64,000 bases of DNA from an uncultured Calditrichota bacterium (GCA_964489835.1 CAZBBC010000013.1:3578-67577), one strand, 5' to 3'. Shown: positions 29,842-40,425, numbered from the stretch's first letter. Program-made: numbers and translations. Notes: generated by a model from the letters alone, not told the origin.

Positions 29842-31221
29842 ATGAGTCTTCTTAAAAAAATAAATCGCATATTTTTTACAGGAATCGGCGGGATTGGAAT
29901 GAGCGGAATTGCTGAAATATTGCTTGACAGCGGATATCAGGTATCCGGTTCTGACCGGCAATTAAGCGAGATTACCGACTATTTGACCAAGAAAGGTGCG
30001 CAGATTTACCAGGGACATCTGGCAGAGAATCTCAAGGATGTGGATTTACTGGTATATTCTTCTGCTATTTCTGAGAATAATCCCGAACGGCAGGCAGCAG
30101 GACGATTAAATATAAAACAGATCCGCAGGGCTGAGATGCTGGCAGAGATCATGAAAGGTAAATATAGTGTTGCCGTAGCGGGAACACATGGTAAAACAAC
30201 AACAACTGCGCTCTGTGCTCAGGTGGCCATCAAAGCCAAATTGGATCCTACCGTTGTGATCGGAGGAAAATTAAAAAATCTTCAAACAAATGCACGTCTC
30301 GGAGGTGGAAATATCTTTATCGCAGAGGCTGATGAATTTGATCGAAGCTTTCTGGCCTTGTCCCCGTCGGTTTCCATTTTAACTACCATTGAAGCAGATC
30401 ACCTCGATTGTTATGAAGATTTAGCTGACATTAAGCGATCATTCATCGCCTTTGCAAATAAAGTTCCAGCAGACGGATATATCATCTGTTGTATAGACGA
30501 TCCCGGCATCCGTGATATCATAGATCATCTTTCCGGGAGAATTATTTCCTATGGATTGACAGAAGATGCTGAATTCCGGGCGATAAATCTGAATTTCTCT
30601 CAATCTGGATGTTCTTTCGATATTCAGCATAATGGATCTGATTTAGGAAACATCTTGATACAGATACCAGGGAAACATAATATTTTAAACGCAATGGCTG
30701 CTTTTATCCTTGGTTACCATTTAAATATACCTTTTGTAACGATCAAAGAAGCTTTGGAACAATTCAGGGGTGTTGATCGAAGATTCGAAATTAAAGGAAC
30801 CATTAATGATATCATGGTCGTTGATGATTATGCCCATCATCCGACTGAAGTTGCCGCCACTATTGAAAGTGCAAAACTTGGTTGGAATAAACATACGATT
30901 GTCGTATTTCAACCGCATCTTTTTTCAAGAACCCGCGATTTTTATAAAGAATTCACCGCCGCATTATCTTTGGCGGATGAAGTGATTATCGCAAAAATTT
31001 ATCCGGCCAGGGAGGATCCCATTCCCGGTGTAAGCGCAGAGATGATTGTTGAATATGCCAGGGAAAAGGGATATGATAATTTTCAATATATCCCGGATAA
31101 AGAAGCAATCGAGAATTATTTACTCAATCAACTGAAACCGCAGGATATGATCATTGTCATGGGGGCCGGTGATATCTGGACGATCGCGGAAGATTTGTTA
31201 TTAAATCTGAAAAGTGTATAG
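29842..31221 (+). CDS. murC: UDP-MurNAc:L-Ala ligase
   Basis: GIGGIGMSG, GTHGKTTTT, EADEFD and DDYAHHPTE motifs. Confidence 0.97.
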   Translation: MSLLKKINRIFFTGIGGIGMSGIAEILLDSGYQVSGSDRQLSEITDYLTKKGAQIYQGHLAENLKDVDLLVYSSAISENNPERQAAGRLNIKQIRRAEMLAEIMKGKYSVAVAGTHGKTTTTALCAQVAIKAKLDPTVVIGGKLKNLQTNARLGGGNIFIAEADEFDRSFLALSPSVSILTTIEADHLDCYEDLADIKRSFIAFANKVPADGYIICCIDDPGIRDIIDHLSGRIISYGLTEDAEFRAINLNFSQSGCSFDIQHNGSDLGNILIQIPGKHNILNAMAAFILGYHLNIPFVTIKEALEQFRGVDRRFEIKGTINDIMVVDDYAHHPTEVAATIESAKLGWNKHTIVVFQPHLFSRTRDFYKEFTAALSLADEVIIAKIYPAREDPIPGVSAEMIVEYAREKGYDNFQYIPDKEAIENYLLNQLKPQDMIIVMGAGDIWTIAEDLLLNLKSV

Positions 31222-31239
31222 AATCAGGGTTTATTAAAT

Positions 31240-32025
31240 ATGTCTGGAAATAGAAAAAATAAGCGTAAAGAAAAATTCTGGTCCGGATCAGGTAAGTTTT
31301 TTATAGTTGTTATTCTTATTTATTTGGCTTTCTATACATATAATAAAATTGCCGATATCAATGCCCGGCGCAGCGATAGGTATCATAAGAGTGATATTCA
31401 AATTAGAGGCAACCGATTGGTTTCCACAAAACAGATTTTAGATATCTGTGGTTTTAATACCAGGGAGGATCAAGAAATAAAGATAGCCAATGATTCTTTG
31501 GCCAGCCGATTAATGACGCTGAAATATATAAAGGGCATTAGCATTACCCGACGGCCTCCCAGAATGCTAAATATTACAGTCGAAGAGTATGAACCGGTTG
31601 CTTTTATTTACGGAAAGGGTTTAAACCTTATAGACAGTGAGGGATATCTGATACCGGTGCCTGATAATACCATATTATGGGATTTGCCGATTATATCCGG
31701 TATTAAGGAAAGTCTGGGGACCCTTGGGAAACAATCAAAAGTCGCGGATGTTTATCTGGCCCTGGAAATCGTAAGATATCTTGAAGATGAAAATCCACTG
31801 CTGTCAAATTTAGTTTCAGAAATAAACATCGTTAGTAAAAAATCAATTGAGTTATATCTGATAAGAGGCGGTACTAAAATCCGTATCAGCCAGGAATCAT
31901 TTTACAAAGAATTATTTGTATTAAAGAATTATATCGCTAACTATCTCGATTGGGTTGAAATGGCAAAAATTGATTATATCGATTTGAGATTTGAGAATCA
32001 ACTGATCGTAAAGGCAAAAACTTAA
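31240..32025 (+). CDS. ftsQ: Cell division protein FtsQ/DivIB
   Basis: Single TM, POTRA (IRGN), C-terminal YIDLRFENQLIV; located before ftsA. Confidence 0.88.
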   Translation: MSGNRKNKRKEKFWSGSGKFFIVVILIYLAFYTYNKIADINARRSDRYHKSDIQIRGNRLVSTKQILDICGFNTREDQEIKIANDSLASRLMTLKYIKGISITRRPPRMLNITVEEYEPVAFIYGKGLNLIDSEGYLIPVPDNTILWDLPIISGIKESLGTLGKQSKVADVYLALEIVRYLEDENPLLSNLVSEINIVSKKSIELYLIRGGTKIRISQESFYKELFVLKNYIANYLDWVEMAKIDYIDLRFENQLIVKAKT

Positions 32026-32088
32026 TACAATCAAGTGCATTGATCCCAATCCTAAAGAAAAATGTATTAATGTGGCAAGGAATTTAGA

Positions 32089-33318
32089 ATGAGTGATGAA
32101 CGTGTTTTTGTGGGGCTTGATATCGGGACAACAAAAATAGCTGCTGTTGTTGCCCGACTGGATGAATACAATACGTTAAATATTGCCGGTGTAGGAACTT
32201 CTCCATCTCACGGTATTAGGCGTGGCGTAATAATTAACATAGAAAAGACAGTGCAATCGATTAAGAAGGCCCTTGAACAAGCACAGCTGATGTCTGGGTG
32301 TCACATCGACAATATCTATGCAGGTATCGCCGGCGACCATATTCGTAGCATAAATAGTAAAGGTGTCATCGCCGTCAGTGGAAAAGATAAAATCATAACT
32401 CAAAATGATATTAATCGTGTTGTCGATGCTGCCAAGGCTATTGCATTGCCGATGGACCGCGAGATTATCCATATTCTTCCTCAAGAATTTATTGTCGATG
32501 ATCAGGATGGCATTAAAGACCCTATCGGTATGGCTGGTACGCGTCTTGAATGCGAAGTACATATCGTAACTGCATCTGCTGCTGCGATACAAAATATCGC
32601 TAATTGCGTAAAACAGTCCGGTTATTCTGTTGAGGAAATTGTGCTTGAGCCATATGCTTCGAGTCTTGCCGTATTAGACCTCGATGAACTCGATTTAGGA
32701 GTGGCCCTGATGGATATTGGTGGCGGTACCACAGATGTTGCTGTTTTTCTTGATGGAAGTATCCGTTTTACATCGGTTTTAGGGCTGGGGGGTGAAAATG
32801 TGACCAATGATTTATCTCACGGTTTAAGAACGCCGATGGATCAAGCAGAAGAAATCAAGAAAAAACACGGATGTGCCTTGCAAAGTATGGTCTCTGAAGA
32901 TGATCATGTATTGGTCGATGGAATACATGGGAGGGCGCCACGCGAGTTAGCCAGAAGTGTACTCAGTGCTATCATTGAGCCTCGTATGGAGGAAATGTTC
33001 ACCATGGCCTTAAGTGAACTTGAAAAATCAGATGTATATGACTCATTGGCTGCCGGGATTGTACTCACCGGGGGAGCTTCACTGCTTCCCGGCACTGTGG
33101 AACTGGCAGAAAGGGTAATCGGGGTACCCGCAAAAATAGGTATCCCCATTGTATCCGGCGGGCTGGTTGAAACTGTGAAAAGCCCTATATTCGCGACCAG
33201 TGTTGGGCTGGTTAAATATGCCGTTAATAAGAAACCACCAATGGGATCTAAAAGTAGCAGCAGTATTTTTAAACGTTTCATCGATCAGATCAAGGATTAT
33301 TTCGAGGATGCTTTTTGA
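32089..33318 (+). CDS. ftsA: Cell division protein FtsA
   Basis: GLDIGTTKI, DIGGGTTD and LTGGA motifs; amphipathic C-terminal tail. Confidence 0.97.
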   Translation: MSDERVFVGLDIGTTKIAAVVARLDEYNTLNIAGVGTSPSHGIRRGVIINIEKTVQSIKKALEQAQLMSGCHIDNIYAGIAGDHIRSINSKGVIAVSGKDKIITQNDINRVVDAAKAIALPMDREIIHILPQEFIVDDQDGIKDPIGMAGTRLECEVHIVTASAAAIQNIANCVKQSGYSVEEIVLEPYASSLAVLDLDELDLGVALMDIGGGTTDVAVFLDGSIRFTSVLGLGGENVTNDLSHGLRTPMDQAEEIKKKHGCALQSMVSEDDHVLVDGIHGRAPRELARSVLSAIIEPRMEEMFTMALSELEKSDVYDSLAAGIVLTGGASLLPGTVELAERVIGVPAKIGIPIVSGGLVETVKSPIFATSVGLVKYAVNKKPPMGSKSSSSIFKRFIDQIKDYFEDAF

Positions 33319-33440
33319 TTCCGATTGCTGGATGAGCTTATTAAATCAGGGACACCGATCCTTTAGATACTTAATTACATAAAGAAAAGAAAAATAAAGT
33401 CACATACAATATAATTAATTTAGAATAAGGGAGATTTAAG

Positions 33441-34643
33441 ATGATTCAATTTGACAGTCTCGCAGAACAAAGTGCTAAGATTAAAGTTGTCGGGATCGGT
33501 GGTGCCGGCGGAAATGCTCTAAACGGTATGATCGAAGCTGGTTTAAGCGGTGTAGAATTTATAGCGGTAAATACCGATGCACAAAATCTTGAAAATAATC
33601 GTGCGCCATCCCGCCTGCAAATTGGCAAAAATTTGACCAAAGGCCTGGGAGCAGGCGCAAATCCGGAAATAGGCCTGAGAGCAGCAGAAGAAGATAAAGA
33701 GGCAATAATCAACAGTCTCACCGGTGCAGATATGGTATTTGTGACTTGTGGGATGGGCGGAGGCACAGGTACCGGGGCGGCCCCAATAATCGCTGAAATA
33801 GCAAAAGATTTGGGTGCATTAACCGTAGGTATCATTACCAAACCGTTTAGTTTTGAAGGCTCTACCCGGCTTAAAAATGCTGAAAAAGGTATCGAAGAAA
33901 TACGAAAATGTATCGATACACTGATCGTGATTCCCAATGACCGGGTTTTTTCACTGGTCGATCGTAATACGCCGGCTATTTCAGCTTTTAAGGTTATCGA
34001 TTCCACCCTTTTGGAAGCGACACGCAGTATTTCTGATCTTATTAACAATCATGGCTATATCAATTTGGATTTTGCAGATATCAAAACCGTCATGCTTGGA
34101 ATGGGGGACGCGCTCATGGGTACCGGGGTATCGACAGGTGAAGGCAGAGCTTCTACTGCCGCTGAAGAGGCTATTTCATCGCCCTTACTGGACGGGGTAA
34201 ATATTAAGGGCGCACTTGGCGTTTTGATAAATATTACCGGTGGATCAAACTTAACCCTGTGGGAAGTCAATGATGCCGCTTCGATAATTCAGGAAGCCGC
34301 CGGGGAAAAGGTTAATGTGATTTTTGGTATGGTTGTGGATGAAGCACTTTCTGAGGAACTACGCGTGACAGTGATTGCCACAGGATTTAATAAAGAGGCA
34401 CAAATAAAAACACAAATGGAAACTCCAAAATCTGTCCCGAAGAGTTTTGAACCCATGGATTTCGGTGAACTGGATAAACCAACCTTTATACGTAAACACA
34501 GAGAAGAAAAGAAAATAAGTCCACGTATTCCAGTTGTGAGCAAGCCACAAAAAACCAATGTATACAACTTAGAAGAAGATGATTTGCCAGAAGTACCCAA
34601 TGAACTTGATACACCGACATTTTTACGTAAACAAATGGATTAA
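33441..34643 (+). CDS. ftsZ: Cell division protein FtsZ
   Basis: GGAGGNA, GMGGGTGTG and INLDFAD motifs; C-terminal LDTPTFLRK. Confidence 0.98.
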   Translation: MIQFDSLAEQSAKIKVVGIGGAGGNALNGMIEAGLSGVEFIAVNTDAQNLENNRAPSRLQIGKNLTKGLGAGANPEIGLRAAEEDKEAIINSLTGADMVFVTCGMGGGTGTGAAPIIAEIAKDLGALTVGIITKPFSFEGSTRLKNAEKGIEEIRKCIDTLIVIPNDRVFSLVDRNTPAISAFKVIDSTLLEATRSISDLINNHGYINLDFADIKTVMLGMGDALMGTGVSTGEGRASTAAEEAISSPLLDGVNIKGALGVLINITGGSNLTLWEVNDAASIIQEAAGEKVNVIFGMVVDEALSEELRVTVIATGFNKEAQIKTQMETPKSVPKSFEPMDFGELDKPTFIRKHREEKKISPRIPVVSKPQKTNVYNLEEDDLPEVPNELDTPTFLRKQMD

Positions 34644-34679
34644 GTAGTACTTCCGCTAAGAATCTAACATATACAATCT

Positions 34680-34714
34680 AAAAACCCGACAGAAAAATTT
34701 GCCGGGTTTTTTTT
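34680..34714. terminator. Probable bidirectional intrinsic terminator between convergent ftsZ and recJ
   Basis: AAAACCCGACA-GAAAAATT-TGCCGGGTTTT (one mismatch), followed by a T-run and preceded by an A-run. Confidence 0.75.
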
Positions 34715-34725
34715 ATTTCTCAACA

Positions 34726-36411
34726 TTATGACTGATTCGATTCCTTTATATCCTCTAAAACCAATTGCAGGGATTTCTTTCCATTCCAGAGATTAATCGA
34801 TGGTTTAAATGCGATATCAAAATTTTTATTGAATGTAATATTGTTCTTTAAGTCACCCTTGCGCCACCAGACACACTCGAAATCCCGGTATCCAACCTGA
34901 ACGATCAGTTTTAAATGCTGTCCCTGACTCAATGAAAATATTTCCCGCATATTGGCATTTTCCAATAAAAGCACCGGTTCAGGATTCTCCTCACCATAGG
35001 GCCCGATACTTTGAATAATTTGTACCAGCGTATCATTAAGGTGCTCAGGAAGAATAACGGAATCTATCACCAAATCCGGTTTTAAATCATCTTCTTCCAG
35101 AACGGAATTCGCATATTCTGTAAATTTTTCAACAAACTCAGGAAAATTTTTATCAGATATTGTCAATCCGGCGGCTTTCTGGTGTCCGCCGTATGTTATA
35201 TACAACTGATTGAATTGAGAAAGGGCGTCTGTAATATGGAATCTATCTGTGCTTCTTGCCGAACCCACATAGTTGCCATCATTATCTTTGGTAAAAGCAA
35301 TGACCGGTTTGTTATATTTATCTTTTAGCCGTCCGGAGATAATTCCAATAAGCCCCGGTTCCCACTCATCGCCAGATATAATAATTGCTTTATTATCTTT
35401 GATCTCCGAGTTTTTTATGGTATCAAATGCCTCATTAATATATTTTTCCTGTAATTTTTGCCGTTTATTATTCAAAGAATTAAGAATTCCTGCCAGCTCA
35501 CTCGCCTTTTCCCGGGTTTCACTCAGGAGTAGTTCAACCGCCAGATCTGCCTCTTTTAATCTTCCGGCCGCATTAATACGGGGAGCAAGATAGAATCCAA
35601 CGGCGATGGGTGTGATCTCTTTTCCAATTAACCCGCTGATTCGTTTAAGCTCAACGATACCCGGTCTTAAGGTTTGATTCAGACTTATTAATCCATACTT
35701 TACAATGGCATAATTCTCATCCTTTAAAGGTACGATATCTGCGATCGTTGCCAATGCCACCAGATCCAGATGCATAAGCATAAAATTTTTAAAATCTTGT
35801 TCGCTAAACAGAGACCCGCCGATCGCATGAAAAAATTTGTAAACAATCCCTGCACCACAAAGTCCCTTAAATGGATAATTACAATCTTTACGGTTTGGGT
35901 TAACTACAGCAATAGCTGATGGCAGAGGCCCTTCCTGAATATGATGATCAAATATTATTACATCAATACCGGCACTATTAGCCGCTTCAACCGCCTCGAT
36001 GGAGCTTATCCCATTATCAACAGTAATGAGCAATTGTGTATTGAATTGTTTTGCCTTCTCAATACCGCTTTCTTTAAGTCCATAACCATCCTTTTGACGG
36101 TTAGGCAAGATGAAATTCACCGGAATATTTAATTTTTGAAATAATTTCATCATCAATGTAGTGGAAACAACACCGTCGACATCGTAATCTCCAAAAATTG
36201 TAATTTTTTCCCGGTTTTTTATCGCCTTGAGAATGCGCTCCACCGCCCGATCCATATCTTTTAATAAAAACGGATCATGAAGGCGTTCAGAGAGTCTGAA
36301 ATCTTCGAGATGTTCCGGTGTTAATCCTCTGTTTCTCAGAAGAATATCATTAATAGGTAAATTCGTATCACTATTCAGAATATTCCACTTCTTTAAAGGT
36401 AATACATTCAT
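34726..36411 (-). CDS. recJ: ssDNA-specific exonuclease RecJ
   Basis: GDYDVDG, TVDNG, DHH, ATIADIVPL, APRINAAGRL, GSARS and GGHQKAAG motifs. ATG at 36411 has a GGAAGGCGG RBS. Confidence 0.95.
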   Translation of the reverse strand: MNVLPLKKWNILNSDTNLPINDILLRNRGLTPEHLEDFRLSERLHDPFLLKDMDRAVERILKAIKNREKITIFGDYDVDGVVSTTLMMKLFQKLNIPVNFILPNRQKDGYGLKESGIEKAKQFNTQLLITVDNGISSIEAVEAANSAGIDVIIFDHHIQEGPLPSAIAVVNPNRKDCNYPFKGLCGAGIVYKFFHAIGGSLFSEQDFKNFMLMHLDLVALATIADIVPLKDENYAIVKYGLISLNQTLRPGIVELKRISGLIGKEITPIAVGFYLAPRINAAGRLKEADLAVELLLSETREKASELAGILNSLNNKRQKLQEKYINEAFDTIKNSEIKDNKAIIISGDEWEPGLIGIISGRLKDKYNKPVIAFTKDNDGNYVGSARSTDRFHITDALSQFNQLYITYGGHQKAAGLTISDKNFPEFVEKFTEYANSVLEEDDLKPDLVIDSVILPEHLNDTLVQIIQSIGPYGEENPEPVLLLENANMREIFSLSQGQHLKLIVQVGYRDFECVWWRKGDLKNNITFNKNFDIAFKPSINLWNGKKSLQLVLEDIKESNQS

Positions 36412-36520
36412 TATATTTCCGCCTTCCATGGTATTTAATACTAGCGATGTCATTCAAACGCCGTAAATAGACAAAATCAGTATTATTCAATTTTTTAGAT
36501 GAGATGATCTGATGCTGTAT

Positions 36521-39514
36521 TCACATTTTTACCGTAGTATGTGATACTTTGAGATCTTTTAAGAATGGTGAAGATTCATGCTCCCATCCTCCCCGATTCT
36601 TTACTGCCGTGAGTACCAATTCGGATTTTGCTCTAGTCATCCCAACATAAAATAGTCTTCTTTGTTCTTCCAGCTTCTTTGATATTGGGCGATCATCATC
36701 CGTATCATTTCTCAAAGCATGAAAACCGGGCATGTTCTTATTTTCCATTCCCATAAGAATCACTTTGTCGAACTCCAGACCTTTTGCCGAATGATAGGTA
36801 AGGAGTGAAATCGCGTTAATATTTTCCAGCTGATCCTGGCTGCTGTTTAAAGAAAGATAACTTAAAAAATTTGCGATCGCTTCATCAAAATCCACTTTCT
36901 CATACTGTGCAGCCAACTGCTTTATTTTATTTAGTAAATGCTCATTATTCTTATAAGTAATCAAACGGGGATTTAACTGATAAAGTCTTTCATGAATTCT
37001 CTCCCGCAATTTTACTTCATTTTCACCAAAGGTTTCAGCATAATCTGTTCTGATCTTCGAATAAGCTGACTGTAATTTTCTACCTCCGGCGAAAAAGAAC
37101 AAACGATCTTCATCCCCTGAAATCTTATTTTCTATAAAATTACCTAACGATACGAGATCAAGAAACATTTCAAGAGATGTAAGCCGGCTAATTTCAAGGC
37201 GGATGGATTGAAGCTTTTGCATAATCTCAACAAGTACAAGAACATCATCTAACGCCCGATGTCTTTTATCTGCCTTTAATTCAAATCGCTGAATAAGTGA
37301 ATCAATTGAATTTGATTCCAAAGGAAATAGATTCCGGGCAATAACAAGCGTATCAATTCTGATATTGGGCAATTTCTTTCCTGAAATTTTCTTTGAATAC
37401 CTATCCAGAATGGGGAAATCGAAATTATACCCATTATGGGCAATCATGATTGTATTATCGATAAAATCAATGAATTCCGGCCAGAATTGCTCTATCGTTG
37501 GTGCATTTTTTACATCTTTATCTGAAATATGGTGAATATTTTGGGCACCTTTCGAGATTGGCATCTGCGGATTAATCAGTGAGTTTAATTCAGCGGTTAT
37601 CTTATTATTCTTTACACGCACGGCAGCTATTTCCACAATACCACAAGAGTCTTTATCTTTATCTGTTGTTTCAAGATCAAGGACGACATAATCCTGGAAA
37701 GGATCATTGTCTTGTTTTGAAGTAAGCCATTGGCAAAATTTAAAAAGACAACTGAGACTACCCTCTCTTTTTTCATTCTTAATCATATAAACCGGCACTT
37801 TTTGGTCACTGCTTATCTTTAACGGAGAAGGCTCTAATTCTAGTAAAAGATCATTCTCAGCATCCAAATCATCTTCCGCAGCAGCCTCAATTATTTGTGT
37901 CTTTCTACTCAGGATACTGCCGAGTAAACGCGATGCCAAAAATGATATTCTTCTGTCAGAGTGGTAAACAAAGAGGTTCTTATCCAAATCATTCAATAAA
38001 TGTAATCCGGGAATATGTTGGATGGTTGTAAAGTTATCCAGTACTTTTCGGTATTGAAATAAAAAGGATTGGTCCTGGGGGTCAGTTTCCATAAAAATTT
38101 CATTTACAATCTGGTGGAAGGTAAAAAAACCTTTGAGATTTACAAGATTGGCAATATGGGCGATAAAATTACGAATTTTAAGCAGAGAATCATATGGAAG
38201 ATTCCCTTCTTTTTCTTTATAAAATTTATATAATATTTGTCGAAAAGTTGCCTTTTGCTGCTGGGACAAATGTTTAATAAGCCCAAACAATGATTCCCCA
38301 AGTTCCACCCGCGCTAATTCTTCAAGTCCAATCGAATCATCAGGATCACGAATGAGATTTAGATAAAGAACCATACGACCAATTAAAGGATTCTCGAGGA
38401 TACTTTTACCGGTGGCCATCTGATACGGTATCTCTTTCTTAATAATAAAATGTTCGAGCGATTGACCGATTTTGTGGAATGGATAAATAATGGCTATTTC
38501 CCCATAGGGAATACCCTCTTCGATCCATTCATGAATTTTACTCAGAATAAAATTAACTTCATCTACTTCATTATAAAAAAAATTTAGATTGATATCATTT
38601 GATTTCGCTTTGTCAACTTTCAATTTTTTAGCGGGTTCAATTCTATCTGTATGTCGGATTATTCTATGGGCATTTGTCAATATTTTATCGCCATTACGAT
38701 AATTAATCTGTAAAAATACCGGATCAGTTATTGAAAAGTCAGTCATATATTTCTTTATATTCTCAGGGTTTGCACCACGCCAGGTGTAAATAGACTGATC
38801 ATCATCCGCAACCACAAATATATTTTTATTTTTCTGAGCAAGCATTTTTATAATATCATATTGTACCGGATCCGTATCCTGAAATTCATCCACAAGAATA
38901 GCTGGATACAGGTGTCGATATTCTTCACAAACATCATCATTTTCCGTCAGTAAGACCTGGCAGTAACGAACAATCTGATCAAAATCAATCAAACTGTGCT
39001 TTTTTAAATGATGTTGATATTCATCAAATCTATCACCGGCAAAAGAAGATAATGATTTTCCTCTGATGATATAGTTCGAGATTGACAGAAGAATTCCTTT
39101 TACTTTGAGTTCCAGATTTTCTTTGATATAAGGTGCACATAAATTTATCAGTAGTCGCTGTTGATAATCCTGATCACAAACCGAAAAAAACTGGTCCAAT
39201 TGCAGGCGCGAATAATATTTGCGGATCAGACTAAGGGCAAATGAATGGAAGGTACTCGTAAGAACATCTTTTCCTTTTTGTCCTATAAGATCCTGCAGAC
39301 GGGATTTCATCTCCAAGGCTGCTTTATTTGTAAAGGTTACGGCAAGAATTTTTTCAGGAGGGATCTGATGCTCTTCTATTAACCAGGCAATCCTGGAAGT
39401 AAGCAGACGTGTTTTTCCAGTGCCCGGCCCGGCAATAACCAATACGGGAAGGAGGGGTTTTTGAACCGCCTCTATCTGCTCTTCATTTAAAAAAGATAAA
39501 ATCTTATCTGTCAT
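36521..39514 (-). CDS. UvrD/PcrA-family SF1 helicase with an inserted DnaQ-like DEDDh 3'-5' exonuclease domain
   Basis: Helicase motifs AGPGTGKT, TFTNKAA, DEFQD, DDQSIY, HSAKGLEF and RRLFYVGMTRA. Internal exonuclease motifs DLETT, HNGYNFD and HRALDD. Confidence 0.9.
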   Translation of the reverse strand: MTDKILSFLNEEQIEAVQKPLLPVLVIAGPGTGKTRLLTSRIAWLIEEHQIPPEKILAVTFTNKAALEMKSRLQDLIGQKGKDVLTSTFHSFALSLIRKYYSRLQLDQFFSVCDQDYQQRLLINLCAPYIKENLELKVKGILLSISNYIIRGKSLSSFAGDRFDEYQHHLKKHSLIDFDQIVRYCQVLLTENDDVCEEYRHLYPAILVDEFQDTDPVQYDIIKMLAQKNKNIFVVADDDQSIYTWRGANPENIKKYMTDFSITDPVFLQINYRNGDKILTNAHRIIRHTDRIEPAKKLKVDKAKSNDINLNFFYNEVDEVNFILSKIHEWIEEGIPYGEIAIIYPFHKIGQSLEHFIIKKEIPYQMATGKSILENPLIGRMVLYLNLIRDPDDSIGLEELARVELGESLFGLIKHLSQQQKATFRQILYKFYKEKEGNLPYDSLLKIRNFIAHIANLVNLKGFFTFHQIVNEIFMETDPQDQSFLFQYRKVLDNFTTIQHIPGLHLLNDLDKNLFVYHSDRRISFLASRLLGSILSRKTQIIEAAAEDDLDAENDLLLELEPSPLKISSDQKVPVYMIKNEKREGSLSCLFKFCQWLTSKQDNDPFQDYVVLDLETTDKDKDSCGIVEIAAVRVKNNKITAELNSLINPQMPISKGAQNIHHISDKDVKNAPTIEQFWPEFIDFIDNTIMIAHNGYNFDFPILDRYSKKISGKKLPNIRIDTLVIARNLFPLESNSIDSLIQRFELKADKRHRALDDVLVLVEIMQKLQSIRLEISRLTSLEMFLDLVSLGNFIENKISGDEDRLFFFAGGRKLQSAYSKIRTDYAETFGENEVKLRERIHERLYQLNPRLITYKNNEHLLNKIKQLAAQYEKVDFDEAIANFLSYLSLNSSQDQLENINAISLLTYHSAKGLEFDKVILMGMENKNMPGFHALRNDTDDDRPISKKLEEQRRLFYVGMTRAKSELVLTAVKNRGGWEHESSPFLKDLKVSHTTVKM

Positions 39515-39551
39515 TAATAAAGTATACCATTTTTTCTTTTTTTTTTACTTA

Positions 39552-39750
39552 AACCTGATATATTCATAAACCACAGAGACCACAGAGGTATTTTAATGTT
39601 TCTATTAAAGTTAGATACGATTTGATTCTTTTGCCTCAATAATATGCAACCGATGTTAAATTTTATGTAAATATTTTTTTTTATTATTTTATAATTACTC
39701 AGTGTCCTCTGCCTGCCCGCCTACTGGCGTGGTGGTGAATAATTCAGGTT
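39552..39750. repeat. MITE-like element with inverted 9-mer arrays, family C
   Basis: Left end AACCTGA..ATTCA..(ACCACAGAG)x2; right end CTCAGTGTC CTCTG..GTGGTGAAT..TCAGGTT; AT-rich core. Confidence 0.65.
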
Positions 39751-39968
39751 AAACTAACCTAAATAATTCATAGCAATAATCACCGGAATGTCAAATGGTG
39801 TAAAGATTAAATAATAATAATAGAAACTTGATTGAAATATTTTTTTAACCGGACACTCATGTCTCCGACTAATTTATCATTCAAGCATTAAAGATCAAAA
39901 TGATTGGTCACTGCCAGATGAATAATGATGCAATTATCATTCCTGTTGATTTTATCTCATCGGCAAGG

Positions 39969-40421
39969 TTATGAATAGGTTGTATGAAGGAATTCTCCGG
40001 GCGGCATCGTCTCAATTTTAAAATTTTGATCGCGGTATATTTTATAACGTTCTCTACTCGATTCCAAAGCCTGCGCCTCATATTTTTCAGCAAAGTCAAT
40101 AACTGTAGGAAATTGAGAAACGACTGCCAGCGGCAGAGGATCTACTAATAGTAAAGTACTATAATCGGCAATTGCTTCAATAATGGATGTAATGATCACA
40201 GGTTCCTGATGAGGTTCCGACAATGAATCAAGGAACATATGGGGAATGAAACTTTGTTGTTTCCATGTCCATAGAAGCGTATCAATATTTTTACACGCAT
40301 TCTCATTTTCTGCATAAATGACAATTCGTTGATTATCAAGATAGCATTTTTCGGCAAGATCGCACACAATTCGTGATTTAACAGCACTATTCAAGACAAT
40401 AAAGATAATATTTGTATCCAT
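39969..40421 (-). CDS. holC: DNA polymerase III chi subunit
   Basis: CDLAEKCY, DTLLW..KQQSFIPH, VIDF and SRERYKIYR match the HolC signature; 150 aa. Confidence 0.85.
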   Translation of the reverse strand: MDTNIIFIVLNSAVKSRIVCDLAEKCYLDNQRIVIYAENENACKNIDTLLWTWKQQSFIPHMFLDSLSEPHQEPVIITSIIEAIADYSTLLLVDPLPLAVVSQFPTVIDFAEKYEAQALESSRERYKIYRDQNFKIETMPPGEFLHTTYS

Positions 40422-40425
40422 TTAA

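Noticed and set aside
29842-32025. murB and ddl missing between murC and ftsQ
   Set aside because: This is common lineage-level variation in dcw clusters, and no remnant or scar is present in the 18-bp gap.
33446-34048. 200-aa antisense ORF over ftsZ, and similar antisense ORFs elsewhere
   Set aside because: These are shadow frames of conserved genes with no independent motifs.
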